Assembly: GCA_043228905.1 (NCBI GenBank)
Contig: JBHGNT010000012.1
Span: 15,252,001-15,316,000, forward strand
Origin: Azolla caroliniana
Taxonomy: Eukaryota > Plantae > Polypodiophyta
Reading direction: 5' to 3'
DNA length: 64,000 nucleotides
Shown here: positions 11,562-23,276 of the stretch, in pieces
Position numbering within the stretch: the first letter of the stretch is position 1
Layout of the letters: each line of letters opens with the position of its first letter
The notes under the pieces: generated by a model
What the model was told of the DNA's origin: nothing
What the model saw: only the letters and a program-made list of their open reading frames with translations
Databases searched by the model: none
Made by a program: the position numbers and the translations under genes

Positions 11562-14500
11562 TGTCGTGAAGAAAACCGTCCACAAACGGAATCGGTGCGC
11601 AGGAGCATAGGAACCGGCTCTTCTCGAATGTTGTCCACAGAAGATCCTAGGCGGGTAGATTTAGTGGGTAGGAAGTAAAGGGGAAACGGCTCCTTCCTTG
11701 CCTATAAAAGGGAGGGAGACGAGAAGGGGTTAGGGGGATCGCAGAGAGTCGAGGACGAAGTGCTGTCGGTTTGCGTGCGAAGGCTTCTCTCTCTCTCTCT
11801 GGTTCGCAAACTCCATAGCTTCCTTCTGTGTAGGTTTCGGGAGGCTCGCGCTGCTCTGAGGAATGCCCGAGTGCTTCCGGCAGCACCTCCAACCTGTTCC
11901 TGTCTTTCTGTGCGTTTACGAACAGGTATCGGCATCTGTTCGCCGGCCTGTTCGGTTGTAACCGACTTCGTGTTTTGTTGTCTTCGTGTTCTTGTTGTTT
12001 GACTTTGTTAATACATACATACATTCGTGTCTTTCTGTGTCGCTGTCCCACTTGCGTCTTTGCGTCGAAGGGCTGTGTCCCTGTGGATCTACGCTCGCAC
12101 GTAGAGGGTTCTTCCCCTTCCTCTCTCGCTCTTTGGTACAGGACCCCCGAGGTTCCGCCTCATTCCACGCATCCGCGAGGAATACCTCGACATCTTTGGT
12201 GAACCCGACGTGAAGGAGGCGGCAGAAGAGCAGAAGATGAGGGGGTCGGATCTTGCGGAGGCCATGGCTTCGGCCGTGGATCGGATATTGAGCACACGCG
12301 AGGGCACCGGCGCCCTCGACAGAGCCATTGAGGCGGTTGTCGGTACGATCGGCCGTTTCAGCGGAAAGGATGCTATGAAGTATTTGGCGTCCTACGGGGC
12401 GGAAATGCTGATGCGGGACATTCCGGAAGAGAGACGTCTTGCCGAGTTCCCTCGAGTGGCGATGCCGAGCATCCATGCGGAGGTGCTCGAGGTACGGGCG
12501 GAGAGCCGTACCTAGGAGGAGTTCGAAGGCCGACTCCTAGAGAAATATGGGTTGGACGACGCGCTCCGGCTTTCGAAACGGGACTTCATGGAATGGGTGG
12601 AGTCCCCCGGCAAAGGAAGAAACACGTCGGCACTCCTCCGGGAGTTCGAAGAACGCTTTGCGCGCCTTTCGGCGCTTGACCGAAATATCCTGGATACGAG
12701 CCGGGTCCTACTGTTCGTCAAGTCGGTAGACGAGCAGGACCGGGATCAAGTCGGCTCCTTGCTGGAAACCGAAGACGGGTTGACAACCGACTGGGCTGCG
12801 GTTAAGACAGTCTGTGGCCGTTTCGACAAACGACGAGAATGGGCTGACAACGGGGCGGCCGGTGCGGGCTCTGTTACAACAAGGAGGCTTGAACCGGCGC
12901 CGCAAGTACGAAGGGAAGAAACCCGGGAATGGCTCGAAACCGGTCCGGCTTCGACCGGCATGGTCAATGGCTCGTCCGGAGGAGCAACGCTGGAGGAATT
13001 GACGCGGGCGATAAAGGATCTCCAGATCGCCCAGACTCGAAGGGAAGGCGGTGAACCGGCTCGTGACCGACGGCCGGCAGTAGGGAACAGGTGCATGTGG
13101 TGCGACGAGGTCGGCCACATCCGGAAGGACTGCGGCGATTTCGCAGAAGCGTTGAGGAGCCGGGCGGTGTACCTGTGGGAAGGCCGGGTGCACGAGGAGG
13201 TATGAAGAGACTGATGGAAGAGGCAGCGGCCCGACACGTGGAGGCCATCCACTACTCGGCGTCGGCCGGCATTCGGGTTGGGGGCAGCGAGGCCCGAAAG
13301 GAGGGCAAAGACGGATTCTGGTCGGCAATGCTGGAAGGTCTTGCCGGCGCACGGCCAAGGAAAGACGAAACGGACCGTGCTGAGAGACGGGTCCGGGAAA
13401 TAACCGGGTGGAGCGATCCGGTCGAGGAGAAGACGGGCTTCGTAGAAGCCGCCTGCCGGAACTACGAGGCTCTGGTAGAAGACAAGCGAGTGGGGAAAGC
13501 CGGAGCGGCGAGGCCCTCACAACGGTACGAGACCCGATTCGGGCAACGACGGAACGATGCCGGCAGGTCCAGCTCGCAAGACAACCCCAGGAAGGGCGGA
13601 TACCGACTGGGGACGGAGATAGAAAGGACTACGGACCTACGAAAGGTCCTAGAAGAACGGATCCTCGACAACAAAGTGGAGCTATCATTGCAAGAGGTGT
13701 TAGGGATCGCCAAGAAGGAGTTCCACGACTCCATTGTAGACTTGGTGAAACGGAAGAGGCTGTCGACGGAGACGGATCCGGAAAGACCGGTAGAGGTGCG
13801 GACGACGCACATCGACGACTCGGCGCTGGCAGATGAGTGGGCGGAGAGCCACTATTCGAGGCCACACTGGGCCCGAGCGACCACGGAGACCCCGGTAAAG
13901 ATCGGAGAGGTTCAGGAACCGGTGGTGGCGTTGGTGGACCATGGTTCGGAAATAAACCTGATGTCCATGGACTTCTATAAGAAGGGAAAGTGGCCGATCA
14001 ACACCAAGCACGGGTGGAAGATACGGGCGACGACGCGCGCCACAGAGGAACTACACGGGGCCTGCCCGAACGTGCGAGTCAAGATCGGCGACATCGAGAT
14101 TGACCAGCACTTCTTCGTACAGGAGACGTCCTCGCACCCGGTCATATTAGGTGAACCATACATCACGGCGGCGCGGATGGAGACCAAAGTGCTGGACAAC
14201 GGGTCGGCCTACGCGAGGGTCAAAAGCCAGGACGGGCGCCATTCGGTTTAGTTTCTGACGGTGCGGCCGAACCACGAGAGAAACCGTGAATCCCTCGGTG
14301 GCGAGAACCGGGAGGATTTTTAGAGAGGGCTGCCAAGGCGTGGGGCCGAGACAGTTCGGACACTCGAGAAAGACCCCACGATTGTACGATAGGTAGGAGA
14401 TTTTGCTTCTCCGACAACGGAGGGTGTATGATAGTCGGCATCGTTGGCCGAGAAAAGACAAGGGCGGAAGAGCGACTTCGAGCGTGCGGAGTTCTCGTCC

Positions 14501-17500
14501 CGGACGAGGAAATCAGCGGAGCCGTGGAGGCGATCTGCTTCGATGACACCTTGCGGATGCTGAGGAAGGTAGCCGGAGAAGACCTTAACGAAGACCGGAC
14601 GATACCGGTATGTTTCGAAGAGATGTACGAAGTCATCGCGAACTTCAGTCGGGGGCTCGGGTCGGATCGGATGGCCCGAGTTAGCACGAAGTACAAGACT
14701 GTGGATCGGAAGGTAAGGCCGGTCGCGGCACCCTTGCCGGAGGGCAGCGAGTCCCGAATCAGAGGGGTGGCGTCGGACCCCAGTTTACGAGATCCGGCCT
14801 GCATAGGACACACCTTCACCGACGGAACGCTTCGAGAGCTCAAAATCGGTGGGGGCGGGTTCCTACTGCCGGCGGAGGAAGACCGGTTTCGGAGAATGCT
14901 CGGAAGGCACGGGAAAGCCTTCGCATTCTCACCGGAAGAGATCGGGTGCGTGGACCCGACGATCGTGGAGCCGATGGTGATATTCACGGTACCGCATGTA
15001 CCGTGGAATCTCAAGCCGATTCCAGTACCGAGAGCTCACATCCCGAAGTTGATGGAGCTATTGAGGCAGAAAGTCGATATGGGCATTCTCGAACCGTCGA
15101 GCGCGCCATACTCGAACCGATGGTTTACCGTACCAAAGAAAAACGGAACATTGCGCTTCATTCAGGACCTGCAGCCGGTCAACAGAGTGACCATCCGGAA
15201 CGTAGGAATCGGACCGACCATAGACGAGTTCGCGGAGGCCTTCGCCGGAAGGTCGATTTACTCGGTTGGTGATCTGTACTAGCCGTGGAGAGCAGAGACA
15301 TTACGACGATGCGAACTCCCCTCGGCCTAGTACGAATGTGTACCCTGCCACAAGGAGGGACCAACTCGGTGGCCCACATGGTGAATGCAATGAACAAAGT
15401 ACTGAGGGATTGCATCCCGGACATCACCATGCCGTTTCTAGACGACATCCCTATCAAGGGGTGCCCGGTGGAAGAGAAGGACGAGACACTCGGGCCGGAC
15501 GGATGCCGGCGATTCGTAGCAACACACATCGACGACTGCGAGAAGGTGCTACAAAGGCTAGAGGATGCGAGGCTCACCTTCTCCGGGGAGAAATCGGCCT
15601 TCGGGCAATCAGAGATCCTGGTGGTCGGGCACCTATGTGGACCATATGGCCGGAAGCTGTCTCCGGCAAAGGTAGAAGCCATCTCCGCGATGAAGACCGA
15701 CTGTAGCTCGGTTACGGAAGTTCGGAGGTTCCTGGGGGCATGCGCATTCTACCACATATGGATCCCGCATTACGCCCACGTTGCGGAGCCGCTATACGGG
15801 TTGCTGAAGAAAGGGCGAAAATTCGAGTGGCGAGACGAGCACACGGAGTCGGTCCGGAAGCTGAAGGAAGCTCTTGCGGTAGCACCGGCGCTCCGGAAGG
15901 CTGTCTACGAGAAGGGTACCCCGGTATACATATCGGTGGATACGAGCCCGACCGGGATCGGATGGGTCGTCAACCAAGAAGACGAGGACGGCACCCGGTT
16001 CCCGATCCGATTCGGCGCTAAGGTCATTAGTGAGCGACAACGAGGGTACACCCAGGTTAAACGCGAACTCTGGGGTATCGTTTCGGCAGTAAAGGCGGAC
16101 AAAGACTACCTGATCGGGACAGAAGTGATTATCGAAACGGATTGCCTGCCGATTCTCGGCATGGTTTCCGGATGCGCGACACCGGACCTGGCGATGCTCA
16201 GGTGGATAGCGTACATCAAGTCCCTGGACCCGGAGATACGACACATTTCCGGAAAGGACAACGCCATGGCCGACATGCTTTCGAGGGCGAGGTTTGATGA
16301 CGAGGGCGGCATGGTTTCGGAGGACGAAGAAGTCGGCGTGGACTTCTTCGAGGCAACGTATGTGACGACCGATGGGACGAGCACTCCGGCACTTAACGAC
16401 TTCGACGACAGCAAGTACGACGGCGAGTGGCTCCAGATCGGTGGATTTTTTAGGACGATGACGCCGGATGCGTCGTGGACGAAGGGCGAGGCCAACCGGA
16501 TCCGGAAGAAAGCATACCGATTCTTCCTCTGGGACGGATACTTATGGAAGCACCAGAAGAAGAGGAACGACGTCCCGCTCCGGGTGGTGGCGATGAAGGA
16601 AGAACAAGAGGAGCTGCTGACGGCCTACCACGACAGCCCTTGGGCTGGACACCGTGGAACGTGGGCCACGTTCGAGAAGATAAAGGGGAAGTACTAGTGG
16701 CCGGGACTGTACCGGGACGTGCATCGGTTCGTGACAACTTGCGAGAGCTGTCAGATGCACTCCATAGTCCGACATCGGGATGAGCTTCACCCTACGTACC
16801 CTCCGACCATCCACTTCAAATGGATGGTAGATCTGGTGACGATGCCGATGGGAGTAGGACAGATGCGATATCTGGTCCTGGCTCGGGAAGATCTGACCAA
16901 CCAGGTAGAAGGCCGAGCCCTTCAGAACAAAACGACCACGGCCATATGTCGGTTCCTGATTGAGGACGTGATATGCCGGTACGGGTGCGTCGGGAAGATC
17001 GTGGTTGATCGCGGGGAGCTGGACGCCGAAGAGGCCGAGGAGTTGTTCGACCGGCTACGAGTCAAGCTCTCGCTTACCACTGTGTACAATCCGGAGGCGA
17101 ATGGAAAGGTGGAGCGCGGACACGGACCAATCGTCAAGGCGTTAGTTCGGGCATGCGGAGGTCAAGTCGGGAAATGGCCGCGGCTGCTGCCTTACGCGTT
17201 GTGGGCTGACCGAACTACGCACAGTTCGGTAACCGGATTCATGCCGGCAGAACTCATGTTTGGGCAGAAGCCGGTCATGCCGATGGAACGTACGATCTCC
17301 TCATGGGCAACCGTGGACTGGAGAGACGAGATGAGCCGGGAGGAACTGTTGACGGTGCGCATACGGCAGCTCGAGCGAAGACCGGAGGACGTGGAGCAGG
17401 CTGCGGAAAAGCTTCGGGTGGCCAGGACGAGGAACAAAGCCCGGTTTGACCGGACGCACCGGCTCTGACCGAAGAAGGTCGAGGAAGGCGACTGGGTGCT

Positions 17501-18469
17501 AGTCTATGACAGCAGCCTCGACAACCAGCACCAAGCGACACGGAAGTTCGCAAGAAGGTGGTTCGGGCCTTACGTGGTACAAAGCGCCAACGACAACGGG
17601 ACGTACCATCTGGCGGAACTCGAGGGCACAAGAATGGCGATACCGGTAGCTGGGAAGCGGATCAAAGCGTTCAAGAAGCGTCACGACGACGAGCCGGATC
17701 CGGTTAACCTGGACCGCGACGACGAACGATCCGAAACCGAAGAAGAACCGACGGGCGGAGAATGAAGGCGGGACCGGTTTTCTCCGTCCCACCGCAATTT
17801 GGCGCATGCCGGTGGATGCGCGGTTAGGTGGGGGCGGATGTCGTGAAGAAAACCGTCCACAAGCGGAATCGGTGCGCAGGAGCATAGGAACCGGCTCTTC
17901 TCGAATGTTGTCCACAGAAGATCCTAGGCGGGTAGATTTAGTGGGTAGGAAGTAAAGGGGAAACGGCTCCTTCCTTGCCTATAAAAGGGAGGGAGACGAG
18001 AAGGGGTTAGGGGGATCGCGGAGAGTCGAGGACGAAGTGCTGTCGGTTTGCGTGCGAAGGCTTCTCTCTCTCTCTCTGGTTCGCAAACTCCATAGCTTCC
18101 TTCTGTGCAGGTTTCGGGAGGCTCGCGCTGCTCTGAGGAATGGCCGAGTGCTTCCGGCAGCACCTCCAACTTGTTCCTGTCTTTCTGTGCGTTTACGAAC
18201 AGGTATCGACATCTGTTCACCGGCCTGTTCGGTTGTAACTGACTTCGTGTTTTGTTGTCTTCGTGTTCTTGTTGTTTGTCTTTGTTAATACATACATACA
18301 TTCGTGTCTTTCTGTGTCGCTGTCCCACTTGCGTCTTTGCGTCGAAGGGCCGTGTCCCTGTGGATCTACGCTTGCACGTAGAGGGTTCTTCCCCTTCCTC
18401 TCTCGCTCTTTGGTACAGGACCCCCGAGGTTCCGCCTCATTCCACGCATCCGCGAGGAATACCTCGACA
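11562..18469 (+). mobile_element. Full-length, formerly autonomous Ty3/Gypsy element (fungal/Ylt1-like Pol); LTRs 11562-12192 and 17839-18469
   Basis: Two 631-bp highly similar LTRs, PBS TGGTGAACCCGACGTGA 12197-12213 (plant tRNA-Trp 3' end), PPT GGTGGGGGCGGA, 4-bp TSD CCGC. Confidence 0.95.
12237..17765 (+). pseudogene. gag-pol (Gag-CCHC, protease, RT, RNase H, integrase) with stops and frameshifts
   Basis: CMWCDEVGHIRKDC; ALVDHGSEIN; LPQGGTNS...FLDDIPIKG; VDTSPTGIG...ETDC...NAMADMLSR; H-H-C-C and NPEANGKVER, WFGPY; stops at 12513, 14249, 15280, 16695, 17466. Confidence 0.92.
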
Positions 18470-19362
18470 CCGCGTCCTCTATAGTCCGGTTCTTACGTTC
18501 GGCCACACCGTTCCGCTCCGATATGTATCTACAAGAGAATTCTCATCAAATTCCTTCCTTCTGCAGATAACTCGAGAACTAGTCGGAAGAGTACTCTTTT
18601 CTGCCATCGGACCTTAGGCACTTGATCTTCTTGCCAGTTTCTCGTTCAACAAGGCTCTTTACCTTCAGGAAGCTAACAAAGACTTCCCTTTTCTTCATGA
18701 TCAAACATGTCCAAGTGTGTCGGTCCCCACACATCCAAATCGATTAAGTCAAGCCGATTCCAACTCTGATTTTGGTCATTGGGCAATGGAAGTTAGTGCT
18801 ACTTCCCTAACTGGCAGGATTAACAGACTTGGTCGTTCCACCCACTAAATTTCGGTAATATGAAAATAATGTTCTTTGTTTGCATTTCCCAAAGCCACGG
18901 GAAGTTCACATGACCAAATCATTTGTGCCATAGGTCAATATCTGACTCGACCTTTTGCCCTTTCACGAACATAGTGGTTCCGACTTCGTTGGTGTTGAGG
19001 ATGAACATCCTCCCGTCCCGGCACCCTTGCGCAATAACTTGGCCCTCTTCCTCGATGAAGCACCCGAGATGTGTGAATTGAACTTGCAACCCCTGGTTGA
19101 CGATCTACCCGACCAACACCAAGTTTTTTGTTATTGTTGGGATGTGTAGCACATTCATGAGTTTTCCCTTCTATCCAACATGACTTAAGGGAACTTCACC
19201 GACATGTTTGATTGGGTGCAGAATGTCGTCTCCGGTTTCGACTACTCCTGGTTTCTCCAGATATGACAACCATTCTAATGGCTTGTCATATGATTTGATT
19301 TTTCGGAGCCAACATACCATATCTCATCCGATTGTGAGGTGCTCCTCTTCATCGAGCTCGCC

Positions 19363-19659
19363 TTGTGTTTCATCACAAAGGCTGGCCCTTTTCCCGTCTT
19401 TTTGGTTTCGGATCCTTCTGATCCTTTGGCGTAGTGCGAGCTTTGTCGACTCTCTTGTCTCGCCTTGCCGGGTCCGGATTTTTCCGAATCGGCGCGCTTC
19501 TTCCAACACTTGTGTTTCATCACAAAGGCTGGCCCTTTTCCCTTCTTTTTGGTTTCGGATCCTTCTGATCCTTTGGCGTAGTGCGAGCTTTGTCGACTCT
19601 CTTGTCTGGCCTTGCCGGGTCCGGATTTTTCCGAATCGGCGCGCTTCTTCCAACACTTG
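19363..19659. repeat. 147-bp tandem duplication in Copia gag (frame-preserving)
   Basis: Near-identical units start at 19363 and 19510; peptide KCWKKRADSEK...GPAFVMKH occurs twice. Confidence 0.9.
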
Positions 19660-20561
19660 CTCTCCTTGTGGCCTTTCCTGCCACAGTACCAGCATTCCGT
19701 GTTAGCCTTGGATTGTCGGTTTTCGGCACCGCCTTGACTCCCCCTACTCCCGGAGGGTTCGGAAGTGTTGTCGGCATGATGATTATGCCTTCGGTTTTGC
19801 ACCTGTGGGACGCCTCCATTGCGTACCAATCCGCCTCGTCCACAATGACCACAAGGTCTATCCTCCTTCGTGTACAACATTTTGTTGTCAGTGTGCGGGC
19901 TCGTTGACGCAATCGTGTGTTCTCTTCAACGAGAAGCATCAATTGCAACTCGAAGAATGATGACGTTGTCTCTCTCGTGCAGACCGTTGCTTGGAATGGT
20001 CCGAACATAGATGCCAAACCACTAAAACAGATCGGCACCATTTCGTCCTCCTCGACGATCATGTTGATGGAGGCGAGAGAGTTGCAAATGTCTTTGATCC
20101 GAGAGGTGTAATCAGCCACTGACATGTCTCTTTGCCAAACATTGCTTAGCTCCTATTTGATTTGAAGCTTTCTGGTTGTGGTGCTCACAGCGAATATCTT
20201 CTTCAGATTTCCCCAAGCCTCCTTTGGCGTCTTAGCATCCCAGATGTAGCTCAATAGCTAATCACCGACACTGGATGCGAAGCAGTAGAGAACTCTGCCT
20301 GTTGACTGTTCCCAAGGCGGAAAATACCTGTGTGTCGAATCCAGTGCTGCATCATTTGCTCCTTCAGCATAACTCCAATACCCATGCCCTAACAGGCATT
20401 GGTGCATCTTGTATGAACAAGATGCGTAGTTGCTCCTATCGAGCTTCCCATACCTCTATCCATTTCTTTTCTTGTTTGTTCTTACCGGGTGTTAGATCTT
20501 GGTTTGTATTGAAAGCTCTTGTCGACGACAAAGGATGTTCAACCCTTGGGCTCTGGTACCA

Positions 20562-21035
20562 TGTAAAAGATAATATGCGGAAGCTAAACAAATCACAACC
20601 AGCTCTATTAGATAGAAACAGAGACGCAGAGAAACAATGGAGATACACAAAATGGGTGAGAGAGAGACAGACAAACAGAAGACCAAGATGGTGAATCTCT
20701 GTTTCAAAAAGCTCGAATCTATAAAAACTCTATACATACAATGTGCTCAGTGAGCACTTTTATACAAGTCCTTAAAAGGACTAACAAGTACTTCAATGCT
20801 CATACCAAGCGACTTACACTAACTCCTAAGAATATATATGCCTGCGTACTAGGCTAGGATCATAGGCCTATAATGGCCTACCGGTTACACTCAGATCCGG
20901 ACACCGATCTGGCTCTCCATTCCGTATACCGATCCAGCTCTTCATTCCGGATATGGTCCAGTTCCTTGTTCCTGATTACGATCTGGCTCTGGCTTATTCA
21001 GCCGATCTGGATCAAGTTAAGCTTGTATCTCAACA
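20562..21035 (-). repeat. 5' LTR of the minus-strand Copia
   Basis: TG...CA termini, directly adjacent to the tRNA-Met-type PBS. Confidence 0.75.
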
Positions 21036-22623
21036 TGTATGGATAAGCGATATGTTTAATGATGCATTGCAACATGGTATGCCGTATGATTGGACTACAT
21101 CATGTTGGGAGACAGGTCCCTCCGGATGGGAAGTGAGAAGAACAGTGTTGATGAGCAAACTCGGCCGAGGCCGAAACCGGATGAGGAGTACCCGGCTACG
21201 GAGAGCCGGATGGTGCAGACCCGGTGAGAACCGGATGAGGAGTAGAGCCGGATAGTGCAGAACCGGTGACAACCGGATGAGGAGAACCCGGCTACGGAGA
21301 GCCAGATGGTGCAGACCCGGTGAGAACCGGATGAGGAGTACCCGGCTACGGAGAGCCGGAAGGTGCAGACCCGGTGAGGAGTGCTCACCGGACGAAGAGA
21401 AATATTCGTAAATATGTTTTCTGAAAGTCCATCGGGGCTATATTTGTAAATAACCGGAAAGTCATATTACTATAAATATGACTTAGGGAAAACTTATGGC
21501 ATAGGGGAGTTATCATTCTTGTTGGTGCAAGAAGAGAGTGCGCGTAACTGTGTACAGAGAGAGAGAGAGAAAGAGACGAAGGTTTCGTAACTCTGTTGTA
21601 ACCGCCGACTGTGGCGAAGATAGCAAGCTCGAGGTCGTGGCCTCGGTGCTTTCCTATTGTACATTCTGATATAGCAATGTGGTTTTTCCCGAGTTTGGGT
21701 TTTCCACGTAAAACATCCTATGTACTCTTCTCTCCTTTGTGCCGTGCATTCATTCCCGTTTTCTGTTTATGATTCTAAGCTCGGTTGTGGCCGAGCATTG
21801 CGCATAGGGAGCGTGCAGTTCCTGTCAAGTGGTATCAGAGCGAAACGACACAGAAAATGGACGATTCGTTGGGAGGCATGTTCAAGCTCACTGGCTCCAA
21901 CTATTTGGTGTGGAAGTCGAAGATGAGGGACATGCTCGTGGTTAAAGATCTTTGGTTGCCGGTTTAGTTTGGGGACAAGAGACCGGACAAAATCGACGCC
22001 ACGATATGGGAGGTGATGCACATGAAGACAACGGCATACATACGGTGCTTCATCGACATGAGCCTATACAACAACTTCAATGAAGAGAGCAAGGCTCATG
22101 AGCTCTGGGAGAAGATCGGCATTATGTTTCAAAACAAAAATGTTGTTAACCAGGTTTCGGTATTCCAGAAGCTAGTAAGACTCCGGTACCAAGATGGCTC
22201 CAGCATGGCAAAGCACATGAATGCCTTCCAGGGGCTGATACACCAGGCAACTTCATTGGAAGTACCTCTTGTCGACGAGGTACTAGCGCTACTCCTGCTC
22301 GGTTCCCTCCCGGATAGCTGGGAGACGTTGGTTGTCACTTTGGGCAACGCCGGGCCGGAAGGGAAACGGTTATCCCTAGCAAGAGTGAAGTCGAGCTTGC
22401 TAGATGAGGACGCGCGTCGGAAAGATAAGGATACGAGGTCCGACTCCAAAGCGCTCCTTACCGAATCGGAACGCGGAAGACACAGAAACCGTAGTCCCCA
22501 GAACCGGGAAAAGTCGGGGACACGGTCAAAGTCAAGAGGGAGGCCTACTTGCTTCTATTGTGGTAAGCTGGGACACTTCCAGAAGAACTGTCGGCATTTC
22601 CGGAAAGACAAGGAAACCGACGG

Positions 22624-23276
22624 TGTCGCGAAGATTCGCGCGTGCGTGTGCTACTCGAGCGACCACCGGGGTCTTGGACTGAGGAGGACGTTCGCGGAAT
22701 TATCGAAGAGATGACATGACGATCAATGTAAGATTGGATGAAATTTGTTCACTTGAGAAGAAGAACGATTGTACACTTGAGAAGTAGAAAAATATGAAGA
22801 AGATAAAGAATTATATAATTATATTGATGATAATGGTGTTGGTGATATCACATATTGAGCCCCCCTTACACAAGCCCAACTAGAGGCTTTTATAGGTCTT
22901 TCCATGCTTGTGACATGCACAAAACCATGGGCTAAAACCATGGTTTTGTGCACACGGTTTTGCTTATGTCATGCACAAACCATGGGTTTAGAACCATGGT
23001 TTTGTGCACATGGTTTTCTAATGGTTGTTTCATCTATAATTCATATATGAAAAGTAAATACATAAAATGTACACTATATGATAGTTGTCCTAGTGGTAAG
23101 GCAATTATCTTGTATTTTAGAGGTGCAAGGTTCAAACCTTGCTTGCACCCCTCTGTATGAAGTCAAGTGCCACTAGGCCTTAGGAGGCTTATTTGCTAAG
23201 TGTATGTGCAATGTTGCACATCCTTGGTTTATTCGTCTCACTTGGTTTAACACCGTAGCCGAAAATCGTCACGACA
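22624..23276 (-). mobile_element. Solo LTR (653 bp) of the TGTCG...CGACA group
   Basis: Termini TGTCGCG...CACGACA, perfect 4-bp TSD ACGG; orientation inferred from the position of the tRNA-like cassette. Confidence 0.85.
23081..23153 (+). promoter_or_regulatory. tRNA-like A-box/B-box cassette in LTR
   Basis: TGTCCTAGTGGTAAG (D-arm-like TTGTC/GGCAA stem) and GCAAGG-TTCAAA-CCTTGC T-arm-like hairpin about 43 nt downstream. Confidence 0.6.

Larger units (their letters stand above)
1145..21035 (-). mobile_element. Old Ty1/Copia element fragmented by at least four insertions (gag/PR/INT 18470-20400, INT 11490-11561 and 9270-9767, linker 8706-8975, RT 1145-2037)
   Basis: 5' LTR 20562-21035, PBS TGGTACCAGAGC (iMet-like, 20550-20561), zinc knuckle CWYCGRKGHKESKC, LWHK*FGHVN, KIKCLRSDG, NGVAERKNRT, HLRVFG..KLD..GY, RT motifs DYDETFAPV/HQMDVKNTFL/KSLYGLKQAPRAW; many stops. 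Confidence 0.85.

Noticed and set aside
21170-21395. CRISPR-like regularly spaced repeats (also 36985-37110 and 49600-49800)
   Set aside because: Tandem CCGG-rich LTR repeats without unique spacers, no cas genes, eukaryotic context
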